Assembly: GCF_018977255.1 (NCBI RefSeq)
Contig: NW_024704742.1
Location: 11,410,001 to 11,474,000, forward strand
Origin: Callorhinchus milii
Lineage: Eukaryota
Length of the DNA: 64,000 nucleotides
Direction: 5' to 3'
Under the pieces are notes generated by a model. That model had not been told where the DNA came from. It did no database searches and saw nothing but the letters and a program-made list of their open reading frames with translations. Shown here piece after piece: positions 52,236 through 64,000 of this stretch. A program made the position numbers and the translations under genes. How positions within the stretch are numbered: position 1 is the stretch's first letter; each line of letters starts with the position of its first letter.

Positions 52236-52561
52236 TTGTGGAGTCCTGTAGCTCAGTGGTTAGAGCACTCGCTTTGCAAGTGAGAGACCTGAGTTCAATT
52301 CCAGGCAGGGCGAAACCTTGGGCAAGTTTCCTTACTCCACACAGAGCCTAATAATAATCCCTCCAAAACCCAAAACAATAATAAAATTGGTCATTTTCAA
52401 TCTACGACTGTTTGTGGGACATTGCTGTGCGCAATTGGCTGCCGCGTTCGCCCACAAATATACAGTCAATTCACTTTACAGTGTGTTCTGTGAAGCGCTT
52501 TGGGACGTCCTCCCGACGTGAAAAGCGCTATATCAAATGCAAGGATTATTATTATTATTAT
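52236..52561 (+). mobile_element. Young family A SINE, short form
   Basis: Full length; lies in tandem behind a long-form copy. Confidence 0.93.
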
Positions 52562-54119
52562 TTTAAATGCACTGCTCACTGCAGAATATCTACAACCCCT
52601 TGAGATGCAGTGTTTTAAAAAGTTGTGTTTTTTTATCCACCAAAGACCTGCATTGTGCTGAAATTATCCAAGGCTTTTAATTTCTTCCATTAGTTTGAAA
52701 GTGTGTTTTGAAATGTGAGATTGTTGCTTTATTGCAGCCTTGCTTACATCCAGTCTCCCTTCACTATAATAAAAATGGTGCGAGACAGTGAACCTTCAAG
52801 GACTGTCATAGGCAGGTTTTCCTTTTCTTTTCTACGTGCCCATCGCCTGACTTCACTGCGTATCTATTATTCTTACTCATTCACTTGTCACTTTTTCTAT
52901 TTTCCAGTTGATCAGAACTCTCCACATATCCATTTAGCCGATTAGCTGCTGTAAATTCAGCCAGGAGACAGAACATTAAATTTGCAGAACGGAGAGCTAT
53001 CTTATCAGGAAGCCACTTTAATGGTGTCGACTGTATTAGTTTCATTTTTCAAGAAAATTTATTTGCCGAGTCTTTGCATAATGAGGAAGAATTTGGGTGG
53101 TGAGCTTGTTCATTAGGGTGACAATGTGGAATTAGACTGGAAGTGTTTACTGTTGAATAACTTGTCCCCTCCCTCTCCTGCGGAGTTAATGTCGGCGCGA
53201 ATGGGATTTGTTAATTGATATTAATAGGGTTATGTGATTAGCCCTGCTTCAGTTTCTTTTTGATTTCCACTTTTTGTTGGCCTTTTAATGCACTTATCCA
53301 GAGTTGCCGCAGCTCAGTAATCTGTTTGAAGCCATTTTAATGTCCGCATAATTGGATGGAGTTGAGTGGTGTCTGGGAGGGGGATTTTTTGAAGAAAAAA
53401 AAGCCCTTCATTTGTGGGTGCCTGCAGTACAGGGTGAGTGTGTCACGGAAGGAGAGAGGATGGGTGCCGGACATTACAGTGAAGGTGTTTGGTATGAAGT
53501 GTTGTGATGCCCAGCACCACTCAGGTGAAAATTAATACAATCAAACTGTGGAATTGAGTTGGACAACATGTCACCGTCTCGTCACAGTGTGAAGTGATGG
53601 TGTTTGCTGCGTTGTGGTGATACTGAATGTAGGCTACGGTAATTGAGAGGCAGCCTGATAAGGGAGCATTCTGCTTCAAGAAGCATTTCCATCAAATCCT
53701 TGCTCCCAGACATTGGAATTGCTATTACAGTGATTTGGAAGCAAAACCTCAATACAAGTCTCTGATGTCAAACTGCGTTTGTGACCGTAAAATCCTCACT
53801 AATTCCTTACTCTGTGCCATTTGAGTACTGCACATTCCACCTACTGGTCTATGGGCAAGTTTTACATAGGAGGGGAATTTCATAATAATAAGCCCTTCAC
53901 ATTAGGAGGACGTCCCAAGTGCTTCATAGGACATATTTTAAAGTTCATTCACTGTGTGAATTACAATTTATCAACTCCCGCATCGTGCTTGAGCATTTTG
54001 TAAATTAGATCAATATAGAACTTTTTATTTCCAGCCTCCACCGTCTCTCAAGGGCACGATAATGAATTATATATTATATTATATATTATATTAACTGTAA
54101 TATATTGTTGAAGAGAAAC

Positions 54120-54246
54120 TACAATGACAACAAGATTTCATTTATAGAGCGCCTTTCACGTCGGGAGGATGTCCCAAGGTGCTGGACAGTTGGATCAGGA
54201 CCCGAGTAGGGGGGAAACGGTCAGGGTGAGGGGAGGGAAGGGAGGG
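54120..54246 (-). mobile_element. Very short 3' end of the young L2
   Basis: Matches 44183-44310 and 63149-63275. Confidence 0.85.
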
Positions 54247-55371
54247 TCTTGTGGCTCAGATTTTTAATGGGCTTACCAACGAAACCATTTGGGGAGCTTT
54301 CAATCTATATTTTCCTATATTTCCATTCCCTGTAAAAGTAAATACAGTCACTGCAGCAAACCACACAGATTAAAGGAACCAAGAATATGCTTTAGCCTTC
54401 TTTGCAGTTGCTTACAATGAGAGTGCTTCTTCCAGAGCTTGTATATGCTGTTTAAGTAACATATACTCAAATAGGATATATAATAGCTATTTCGCCCACG
54501 AAATATACAATCAATTCACTTTACAATATATTCTGTGAAGCCCTTTGAGACATCTCGAAGACATGATAAGGCACTGTATCAAATGCAAGGATTATTATTA
54601 TATTATTAAGTAGGCAGTGAACTACACACATTTGGATATCAAGTAGTAAGCAATAGCAGGTCATTCTTCAGATTTCCTCCCAATCCCTATTTCTAATATG
54701 TGAAGCATTGCGAGACTTTGTAAGGAACCTGATAGCTAATAAAAGAATATAAAATCTGTATATAATGACTGGTTGCCAGTGCAGTGCGAGATGAATAGCC
54801 GTCTCAGTTTTGCTGCCATGATAGAAATGCTTTTCCAATTACTGTATTTGAAAATATGATATTGTAGATGTAGAGAATCCTATTCTGGAACCGTATTTTG
54901 CAAACGCTTGGTATTTGTAAATGATTCCTGGCCCAGGCAAACTGATCATACACTGACTTTGGGTTAGCTTTGTATTGCTTTGTTAAATGTTTGTCAAAAA
55001 AAATCTCATTACCTGAACAGTGATTGTCAGCTTCACGAATGAAGAAACTTTTGTGAGTGTGATGGTTCGCAGATGGAAATGTTCCCTTTCATTTGTCTGG
55101 CTGTAAAATTCTGATAAGCAATTAGATATTGGAGGAATATTAGATCATATCACTGCAGCCTGGCGAAAGTGCTTTCTGTTTCTATTACGTAACCCGGAAG
55201 ATGAAAGTGAAACAATCCAAGTGCTAAATTAAACTTGATTTTAAAATATTGCAGCACTGTTTATCCTGGATTGAAGCTCTGTCCGCCCCTCTATAGTTAT
55301 CTTACAGTTGTGAGGCAGAAAATTACATTAACCAAGATCAGCATTTCAGTGTTTTCCTGACATTGCCAGTG

Positions 55372-55710
55372 TCAGTCTGGCTCAGTTGGGAGCACTCTCG
55401 CTTCTGAGTCAGAAAATTGTGGGTTCAAGCATCTCGTTGGGACTGAGTCTTGGCTGAAACACCAATGAAACGTTAAACTAAGGTCCCATCTGCCTATTCA
55501 GGCGGATGTTAAAAAATCAATAGGGAATTTCTCCTACAATCCACCAAATCACTCACTTCATGGCCGTTAGTGGGACATTGCTGTGCACAAATTGGCTGCT
55601 GCGTTTGCATACAAAATACACAGTGACTGCACTTTACAGTAATTCCTGTTAAGCACTTTGTGGCTTTTTGACAATGTGATGGTGCTATATCAAACTCCAT
55701 TATTATTACT
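55372..55710 (+). mobile_element. Old Deu-type SINE
   Basis: ggctcagttgggagcactctcgcttctgagtcagaaaattgtgggttcaag, then gggacattgctgtgcacaaattggctgc. Confidence 0.75.
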
Positions 55711-58700
55711 AAGATAGAATAACATGCCTTGAAGTACAGTGGAGTATCCTATCACTCCCCAGTGATCTTACTTGAACGACATGGATAATATATGAAGTTG
55801 GCATCCAGCAAGATATGCCCAATGGCTATTGCACAACAGATCTTCTCACAAAACAGAGTAGACATCATACTTATGCGATCTGTACCAGTCTGAGGAGAAA
55901 ATACAAAACTGATACCCATTGCTGACTGCTGTTGGTTTCACCTTTGTGAGGGTCCCAAACATTAAATTAGGTTGAGGGGAGAGAAATCCTTTACCCAACA
56001 ACACTGAGTGTCTTGAGCTTCCAGCCAAGCAAAGACCATAAGAAGCTCAGTATATGTACTTGTAAATGTCTGAATGTGATCTGTAATGTATCATGACTTG
56101 AAAACCTTGCCATGGGATCCTTGAAAGTCTAGTATGAATGGAATTAAAAGTATCTATAAGTACGTATTGCAAGTCGAAGATTCAAGGAATGGACGTCTTA
56201 AAATTGAATTGAGGCTAAGCCGGAGCAATGTCAGAATCGTCACTTCTTGGTCGGATTTACACTAAATATTCAGAGGGAAGATCAGATCTGTCCTTTTGCA
56301 AGTTCACCTTGCTACGTGAGGATAGAGCTCTTTGGCGGGGGGAAGCGGGAGAGAGAGAAAAAGAGATTCATTTTAGAGATGCTTATAAAATTTCCACTAA
56401 AGAGAGAAATACTTATTAAAAGAGTCAAGTTCCTTGACTGCCTTATCCTCAAAGTGCCAGATTACTAATGCTGACTTGAAGAGACTACACCATTCAACAC
56501 ATGTAGACTATGTAAATTCAGTAGCTACTGACAGGATATTAATATCGCTGGGATTATATTAGCATGAAATAGCCCATGATTTATAAATGTGGTCACAGCT
56601 GCTTGCCTAAGAAATATTTTCCCCCACAGGCTACGTTGTAGGTCAGTTCTTGGAATAAGACATAAATGTTGAAAGTTAGAAGTATTTCTCAATGTAATAT
56701 TATTTCAGCTTGTACGTTATTGTGGAATGATGCACGGTCATGATACTGTGCATCCATTTAATTATCTACAAATGCAGACATGGAGGTTACGTGAGAAGAA
56801 TTAATGGGGGTCACTCAAGTTTATAGATATCTGAAGTCTATCTTCCACTCGGTTTGGCACAGTTTATATCAGGGAAAAGAAGCCTCAAAGAATCCCTGTG
56901 TTTATTATACTGGTGGTCTATCAAGATGGTCTTTGTTTACTGGGTAATATATGGTGCAGCTTTTCAACCTTGATTAGATCTATTTTGTATCTGGCAGCCT
57001 GAATTTCCACAAGGAAAGCTACTTGCAACTTGACGCAAGTTTTTTTTTATTCAAATGCTTTTTAGAGTGGATTATTTGCAATTGAATTTGATGCCAACTT
57101 CAGCAACACCTTTGTAAGAGGTATAGGGGAAAAACTGTGTTCTGCAGAACAAGATTCTAGTTTAGTTGACAATGGTGATGGTGATGGTAATGGTGGTGTG
57201 AAGCAGAACAGTAGTGGCTCCTGCTTTCAATAAGTAAAAGACTGAAAACAAATCCTGTCTCATGTCTCAAACCTTTTTTGAGGCTAGCCATCTCTAATGA
57301 TATTTCTATTTCACACTTTCTATGGATATAAAGTGATAGAATTCCAACCAGTCGCTATTGATCTCTTTCTGTCTTGCACTCTTTCTGTGTCTTTAACATT
57401 CAGGCTCTTTTGCTCTGACTTTATCCATTCTATCTCTTTCTCTGACTCCAATCATGCCATGTGCAAAATTATCAACTCTTATCTTTGTGCTATCGGTAAA
57501 TAAACATTTATTGCTTGGGTAAAGCTGTGCGCATGCATGGGAGATAAGCAGGGACATGATTCACTTGCACAGCGGAATAGGTCCGTCCCTAGAAACAGCA
57601 ACTATGCACATTTGGACAAGTGAACGTCGAATTCTATTGGCGCTTATGACAGAATGTGTGGGGATTCTTTCACAGTAGCCAACAAAAAATGCATAGGGAA
57701 GCCTCCTTTGATGGGTCACCAGTGAAGAGTAGTAATAATAATAATAAGAAAGCAAAATATGGCAAGGAGTTGCTGGTAATCACCTGAGAAACATGGTAGT
57801 TGGGCTTGTGGCTGTTGTACATTGGTACATTCCAAAGAAACAAATTAAAATTATAATCCTTGTTATCCATATACAGTATTCTGAGGAGCCTATGTGCAAA
57901 ATCACCATTTTGCTCACGGCAATATAACAAGTAGTGATCTTCAAAAAATGGAAACCACACCAGAATTTAGTCAGTGTGAAGGTGAATTCTTTCTTGATCA
58001 CTATGTATTCTAAAATATCGCTCTGTCTTTTAAAAACTGAGAGTTAACTCTCTGAGAGAGTTAACATGTCTTGTGATAGAGGTGTCACATTATAATGCAC
58101 TGAATTTCTGTTTAACTTGGTTTCCGTTGAAGCTCATTTTTTTAAAGTTTGGTAGCCAGAAAAAATATTCAAATTTTTCATCTCAAACATTTTTCAAGAG
58201 TTGCTTTTGAATTTTGCGTGCTTCTCTCATAAAGGCTATGTTAAATGAAACTGCATCTGATCTGCTTATTGTTTGAGGTTACTGTTTCATCTTATTCTGT
58301 GAAATGAGAGCTTGCTGGACAAAGTTTAAAAAACATGCATTTTTATGAATTTTGGCACAAGTTCCATATTACAAAATGTGGACTACCATTCACCCATAAA
58401 ACACCCATATCCTGTGAAGCGCTTTGAGACAACCTCCTGCCGTGAAAGGCGCTATACCAAATGTAAGGATTATTATTCTTACAAAATGGTGTGCTACCTT
58501 ACGAAACTAGTGCAGAATAGTAATATTAAATCTCTGTGTAAGATAGTGCCATTGATACAACTCAAGTAAGGTAAGATATCAAGAACATAAAAAGTCTGCC
58601 AAGTTCTTCATATCTAGATTAATAAATTCTGAAATCCTAGACAAACTAGAATCAGTCGCATCAGTGTGGCATCCTGCTATCTTAATGAGAAGTGGAGATT

Positions 58701-59829
58701 TGGCTTCACTCCAAATTTTCATTTCATTTAGGAAAACAAATCCAACCCCAACCTATCCAATTTAGTATTTTTGGAAGTCCTATTTGGATAGACTGAAATG
58801 TCACGCACAGATTGAAGTCATCCTGTTCATGGATGGTTCTTGTTCCAGAGACTTGTTGTGATTAGGCATTTTGAGATTTGTAGCAATTATTCAATGAAAT
58901 GTGCAGGAGCTGTTCAGTTCAATTATTTTCATAGCTAACTGTGTGCATTAAGATGTTTCAAAATGAAACCCAGGACATTAATATAACTTTTCACGAGGTG
59001 ATCTTATTTAGTTCAATTGCATGAATCCACCCCTAATTGATGGTGGCAATAAAATTCAGTAATAACATTAACGTGGAGCTCGTGAATAGGAAAGAATCTG
59101 GATAAGTTACCTGGAGCAGATAAGAAATGGCAGATGGATTTGATTGAAAATAAAGTTGTAATTAGATTGGAAGCGGAAAATATGTACAAACTGGTTATCT
59201 ATCCGTAAAGGGTGAAAAGGCAAAAGGGTGTTAGTTTTGTCCATTAACTTCTGGTATATATCATGCAATTGTGCCGTGAACACAGGTTAATCCAAAACTG
59301 GAATGCCTCATTAGGGCATTTGATTTTGTTAGCATGACTTATTGTGTTCGCCTACAAATACACACATTCACCACACTTTGCAGTAAAATCCTGTGAAGCA
59401 CTTTGAGATGTTATGACAGTGATAAGGCATTGGATTGCATGCAAGCATTATTATTTTATTGATTTTTTGTATCAATTTGAAAAGGTAGAGCAAGAATCCT
59501 TGAGAATCTTGCAATTCTCAGAAAAATCCTGCTTCCAAACCTAATCTACCCAGTCATAAAATTTGTATCTGTTTGTATAAAATGTGCCCATTACTCCTGT
59601 AATAGTACCCATTTATGTCAACCTATGAATTTTACCTCTTTTAACTCTTACCTTTTATTCAGCCACTTTTACCCCTGGGTAACCCATACGGGTTTGCCTT
59701 TAACCGTGAACTGGAAAAATGAATTTGTATTACAACCAAAATTAACTTACAAGTGTTACTAAAGGCTCATTTATACTATAATTGCACAGTTAGGATAAGG
59801 AACAAGGGAGTGAAATATACCATTCAGCT

Positions 59830-60135
59830 GTTCCTTCTTGGGATGAAGTTAGCCAGATCTCCTGGGTAGCAGACTGGTTACTGTGGACATGGAGAGTTTC
59901 TCCACTCAGTGCCTGTTAACCCTGCAAGCCAAAGATCTAAGAGACAGGTTGCAATTCTTAGCTGGACAAGCAGCAGGAAAGTTTGCCGGACAGCGATATC
60001 AATTGCGCGCTATATGGTTTTAACTGGTTTGACTCCAGCAGTTGCCCCAGTGCACACACTGGGGTCTTCAACCTCTTGTCAACTTGCGATGAATACTCTC
60101 CAGAGTTAGGTAAGCAAGGTGCGTCCCTCCAGACT
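59830..60135 (+). mobile_element. Family C repeat, internal part
   Basis: cagcagttgccccagtgcacacactggggtcttca..tactctccagag..tccctccag. Confidence 0.6.
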
Positions 60136-63100
60136 GACCAGATAGAAAATTTCAGTATTTGTAGCTCTGAATATAATTCAGAGCTTGAATGTCAATATGA
60201 TTGTATTCTAAGCCTCTATTTATGAAGAATCTATTCCGCAAGAAACAAATAAATAATCTTTGGTTTCCATTAATTCACCCACAATCACTATACTTTACAG
60301 TAAATCCTGTGAAGTGCTTTGTGACATCCTCCAAACATGAAAGACACTATCAATTGTAAGGATTTTTTTTTTATTGTTATGAATAATTCAGATGTATTCC
60401 TACACATTGGTGAGCTTCACACTGAAATATTCCTGTTGTCCACTGCCATTCAATCAATATGTTCATCTGTTTTTAAAATGGAAGATTAAGCCCAAGCAAA
60501 CATGATCAGTGTCTTTCTTAGAGGATCTGAGATAGAATATAGACATTATGAGATATGGAGAAAAGACAGGGAAATGAGATTGGAGCCGAAGAACTGCTAT
60601 GAGATAACATGGCTAAGCAATTTTGATGGATTGAATCCCCTACTCCTGTTCCTATCACTAGCATTTTTCTAGTCTTTGGGTCCACAGAGGAAGAGCAACA
60701 CTTGTCTTTTGTAGAACACATCAACCTAGTGCAACTGTATCTCCTTACTGCTTAGAAAAACTGTAATTGTTGTGGAATATGCTCAACATGTTTCCATGCA
60801 CCGGGGCATCCAGAGAAACCATCAAGGAAATGTAACAAAGCATGCAATTTGCAATCCAGACTGTCTGATCTGATCTGGTAACACTGGTCACAGAGAATGC
60901 TATACCAATGGAACTTGACCAGGGAGAGTGTTGCTACTTTGTATTGGATGTTCTCTGGAGGGTTAGTTTTTAGAGAGATGCCGTCCTTCAGTTCAGACAT
61001 TAGATTGAGGAGACATAATAATAATAATAATCCTTGAATTTGATATAGTTCTTTTCGGGTCTTCTAGACGTCTCAAAGTGTTTCACAGAATAGACTGTAA
61101 AGTGAATTGACTGCATTTTTGTGGACATGTGCCTGTTGGCTTGACGTTAAAGATTCCATGGCATTATTCAACAGGGAAGGGGGTTTCTCAGTGTCTTAGC
61201 CAAACAATCCTCCAGATAGCATTGGCCATTCACGTCATGGCTATTTGTGGAACAATGCTGTTGTAAATTGGTTGCTGTAGTTGTTGAAAAATATACAACC
61301 ACTAGACGGCACATACTTGTGAAATAATTTGAGATGAGCTAAAGTTACTTACACTATAAAATTCAAGTATTATTCTCATTATTGTTATTATATTACAGTT
61401 TAGAATAACAATTGCTCAGCAACAAAGAGCAGCAATGTTCAATTTCTTCCTTCCCCCTTTTGGGAGTACAAAATCCCTCTGTTTTCTTTCCAGCTGAAGC
61501 ACCGATTATGCGCAGAGTGATGCCCTCCAGGTCCCACAGTTGAGTTGCTCCAGAGGTATTGGTGACAACACTCTGAGAGAACTCTGTCACACAACAGTCC
61601 CGATGATGTACATTAGTAGAATGGTGGGTGGTATTCTGCCTATACCCCTGTACTCTGCTGCAGAGTATTGAAGTGTGCTAACGTGCTACTATGTTGAAAC
61701 TGATGCATTGAAAATTGAAAATAATTTCATTTAAAATGCCTTGATCTGTTGGAGACGAGGCACGGAAGACAATTTTAATTATCGTTCTTTGGATTTAATA
61801 ATTGAGAAAAAAAATTATTTCTGCTGCTCGTAAAGTAGAACATTTTATGCCACCTGGACAAGAATTGAGTCATTTGGAAGTGATTGCAAAGAGCAGCGAG
61901 ACCTCTGAATTCCCATTAGACAATGCTACTGGCTTGGCCATCTCTTGCCAATGCAGTGTGAAACTGAATTGTTTCAAGGCAATATTTGACACAGTAAAAT
62001 AATTCAATAAAAAATATACACAGTTGATGGGAGTAGGAGCCTTCCGTGTGAAAATAACTTTTATCTATTAACCAGTATTTATAACTCAACTGTAGATCTT
62101 CACAAAATGTCTGCTTTTGCACATAGTTTAGACTCTGGTTGCATCCACACATTTATTTTTGAACCAAGAATTCGGAGGGCGGTGGAAGAGAAGGGAAGAG
62201 GATCCAAGAGAACAACACGGTTGAAAAGGACCAGAGAGGAGATCAGTCTAGTCGTGGTTTGAATCAAGATCCTCGTCCTTTTGTCCCATCTCTGCATAGT
62301 CTCAAATCTCATCACAGCCTCACGTCCACTACCTCTGTGACCTCTTGCAAATCTACTATCCTCAGCTATTACCTCCGCTAAGCTAACACTGGCCTGCTTC
62401 ATATCCATTGCCTGATATAGACAAATTTAGCAAATTTCAGGGGAGGTGGGCCAAGGGAAAAGACATAATAATAATCCTTGCACTTGACCTTAGAACATCA
62501 TTGAACGTCTCAAAGCGCTTCACAGGATTTACTGTAAAAGCCAATTTGTACCCAGGAATGTTCCATAAACAGCCATGAAATGAATGACCATTTTTATTCG
62601 GGGATTATTAGTCAGGATACTAGAAGTTTTCTTCTTGTTTCAAATAATGCCCTGGGACCTTTTACATCCATCTGACCAAGCCTCAGTTTAAATCCTCATC
62701 CAGTGTTGTGTTGGCATCTCCAGCAATACAGAGCTCCCCCAGCCAAGTTTATGAACTCAAATTCTTGATGTGAGGCTCAAACCCACAACCTTCTGACTTG
62801 ACCTTCAATTTTCTGTACCAGTAAAATAGGGAAGACTAAACATGTTGCAATGGTAAGAGAAACATCCTGGAGAGGGCTTTGAAAAAAGATACAGGAACGA
62901 TGTGGAAGTCTCAAATGGATTTGGGTTTATTTCATAGAGAGTGAGAAAAGTTCTTGAATGAGAAGGAGATGTTTATCATAAAAGAGGAAACCAGGTTTTG
63001 GGAGTTGTGTTGAGGTCAAAGGAGAAAGTGAGGCTGAGGCGATGAGGGACTAACACTGTTTCAATTCAATTTTCTGAAGTATTCCATTGAATCTGTGCAA

Positions 63101-63148
63101 CCAAGAAATTGTGATTGTGGAATAAATTGCATTCTTGGTCATTCATTT

Positions 63149-64000
63149 ACAACAATAACAACAAGATTCCATTTATAGAGTGCCTTTCATGTCGGGAGGA
63201 CGTCCCAAGGCGCTGGACAGTTGGGTCAGGACCCAAGCAAGGGGGAAATGGTCAGGGTGAGGGGAGGGAAGGGAGGGAGCGAGGAGGGGGTAGAGAGTCG
63301 AGAGGGGAGCTGAAGGCACGGTCATAGAGAAAGGTCTTGAGACTAGCCTTGAAGGAGAAAAGGGAGGAAGCAAAGCGAAGGCACTGGGGGATGGAGTTCC
63401 AGAGCCTAGGGGCTGAGAGGCTGAAAGCCCGGCCACCGATGGTAGAGCGGTTGGAGCGGGGGATGTGGAGCAGACCGGAGCCAGAGGAATGGAGTGTACG
63501 GGCAGGTAGGTAGGGGGATAGTAGGTCGGAGAGGTAGGAGGGAGCAAGTGAATGGCCTTGTAGGTGAGGATGAGGATCTTGAATTCGATCCTCTGGGGGA
63601 TGGGGAGCCAGTGGAGGCGAGCGAGGGTGGGAGTGATGTGGTCCCGAGCCTGGTGCGGGACAGTACACGAGCTGCAGAGTTCTGAATGACCTGCAGCTTA
63701 TGGAGGGAGGTGCCGGGAAGGCCGGCGAGGAGAGAGTTCCCGTAGTCCAGCCTTGAGGTGATAAAGGCGTGGACCAGAGTTTCAGCAGCGTGAGCGGTGA
63801 GGTAGTGCCGTAGTCTGGCGATGTTTCGGAGGTGATGGAAGGCGGTGCCAGTTGTGGCGCGGATATGAGGAAGAAAGGACAGCTCAGGGTCGAACAGAAC
63901 GTCGAGGTTCCTGACTGGCTTTAAGAGGTGGAGAGTGCAGCCTTGGATGCTGATGCTGTCAGCGCCTGAGGTGCGGAGGCGCTGACGTGAGCCGATCAGG
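63149..64000 (-). mobile_element. Young L2 LINE 3' end, running off the window
   Basis: Peptide LAPSYLSDLLSPYLPARTLHSSGSGLLHIPR..LKTFLYDRAF; near-identical to 44183-45030. Confidence 0.94.

Noticed and set aside
58043..58065. Perfect 10-bp-stem hairpin gttaactctc-tga-gagagttaac
   Set aside because: Short enough to be chance in 64 kb, with no supporting context.

Overview
Vertebrate genomic DNA, almost certainly a cartilaginous fish (the SINE/LINE complement suggests a chimaera; this is inference). The window is intronic sequence of the neuronal adhesion GPCR gene ADGRL3 (latrophilin-3) on the + strand. The only host coding sequence I can support is one 214-bp internal exon (43197-43410) encoding the N-terminal part of the rhamnose-binding/SUEL lectin domain. 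Most other ORFs in the track come from decayed L2 and CR1 LINEs, SINEs or microsatellites; the rest show no coding signal I can recognise. The repeat landscape includes many L2 fragments with (GTT)n tails, CR1 fragments, a young tRNA-Ala-headed Deu-type SINE in two structural subfamilies, older SINE families, two hAT-type MITEs with perfect 8-bp TSDs, and an unidentified ~560-bp poly(A)-tailed family (7 copies). I found no convincing new protein-coding system. The most interesting signals are non-coding: a covarying 3' RNA stem-loop shared by L2 and the SINE with apparent tail replacement, multi-layer nested insertions, inverted sister SINE pairs bracketing the exon, a 155-bp hairpin and an unexplained ~190-bp direct repeat. 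Repeat boundaries are by-eye estimates unless a TSD is quoted.
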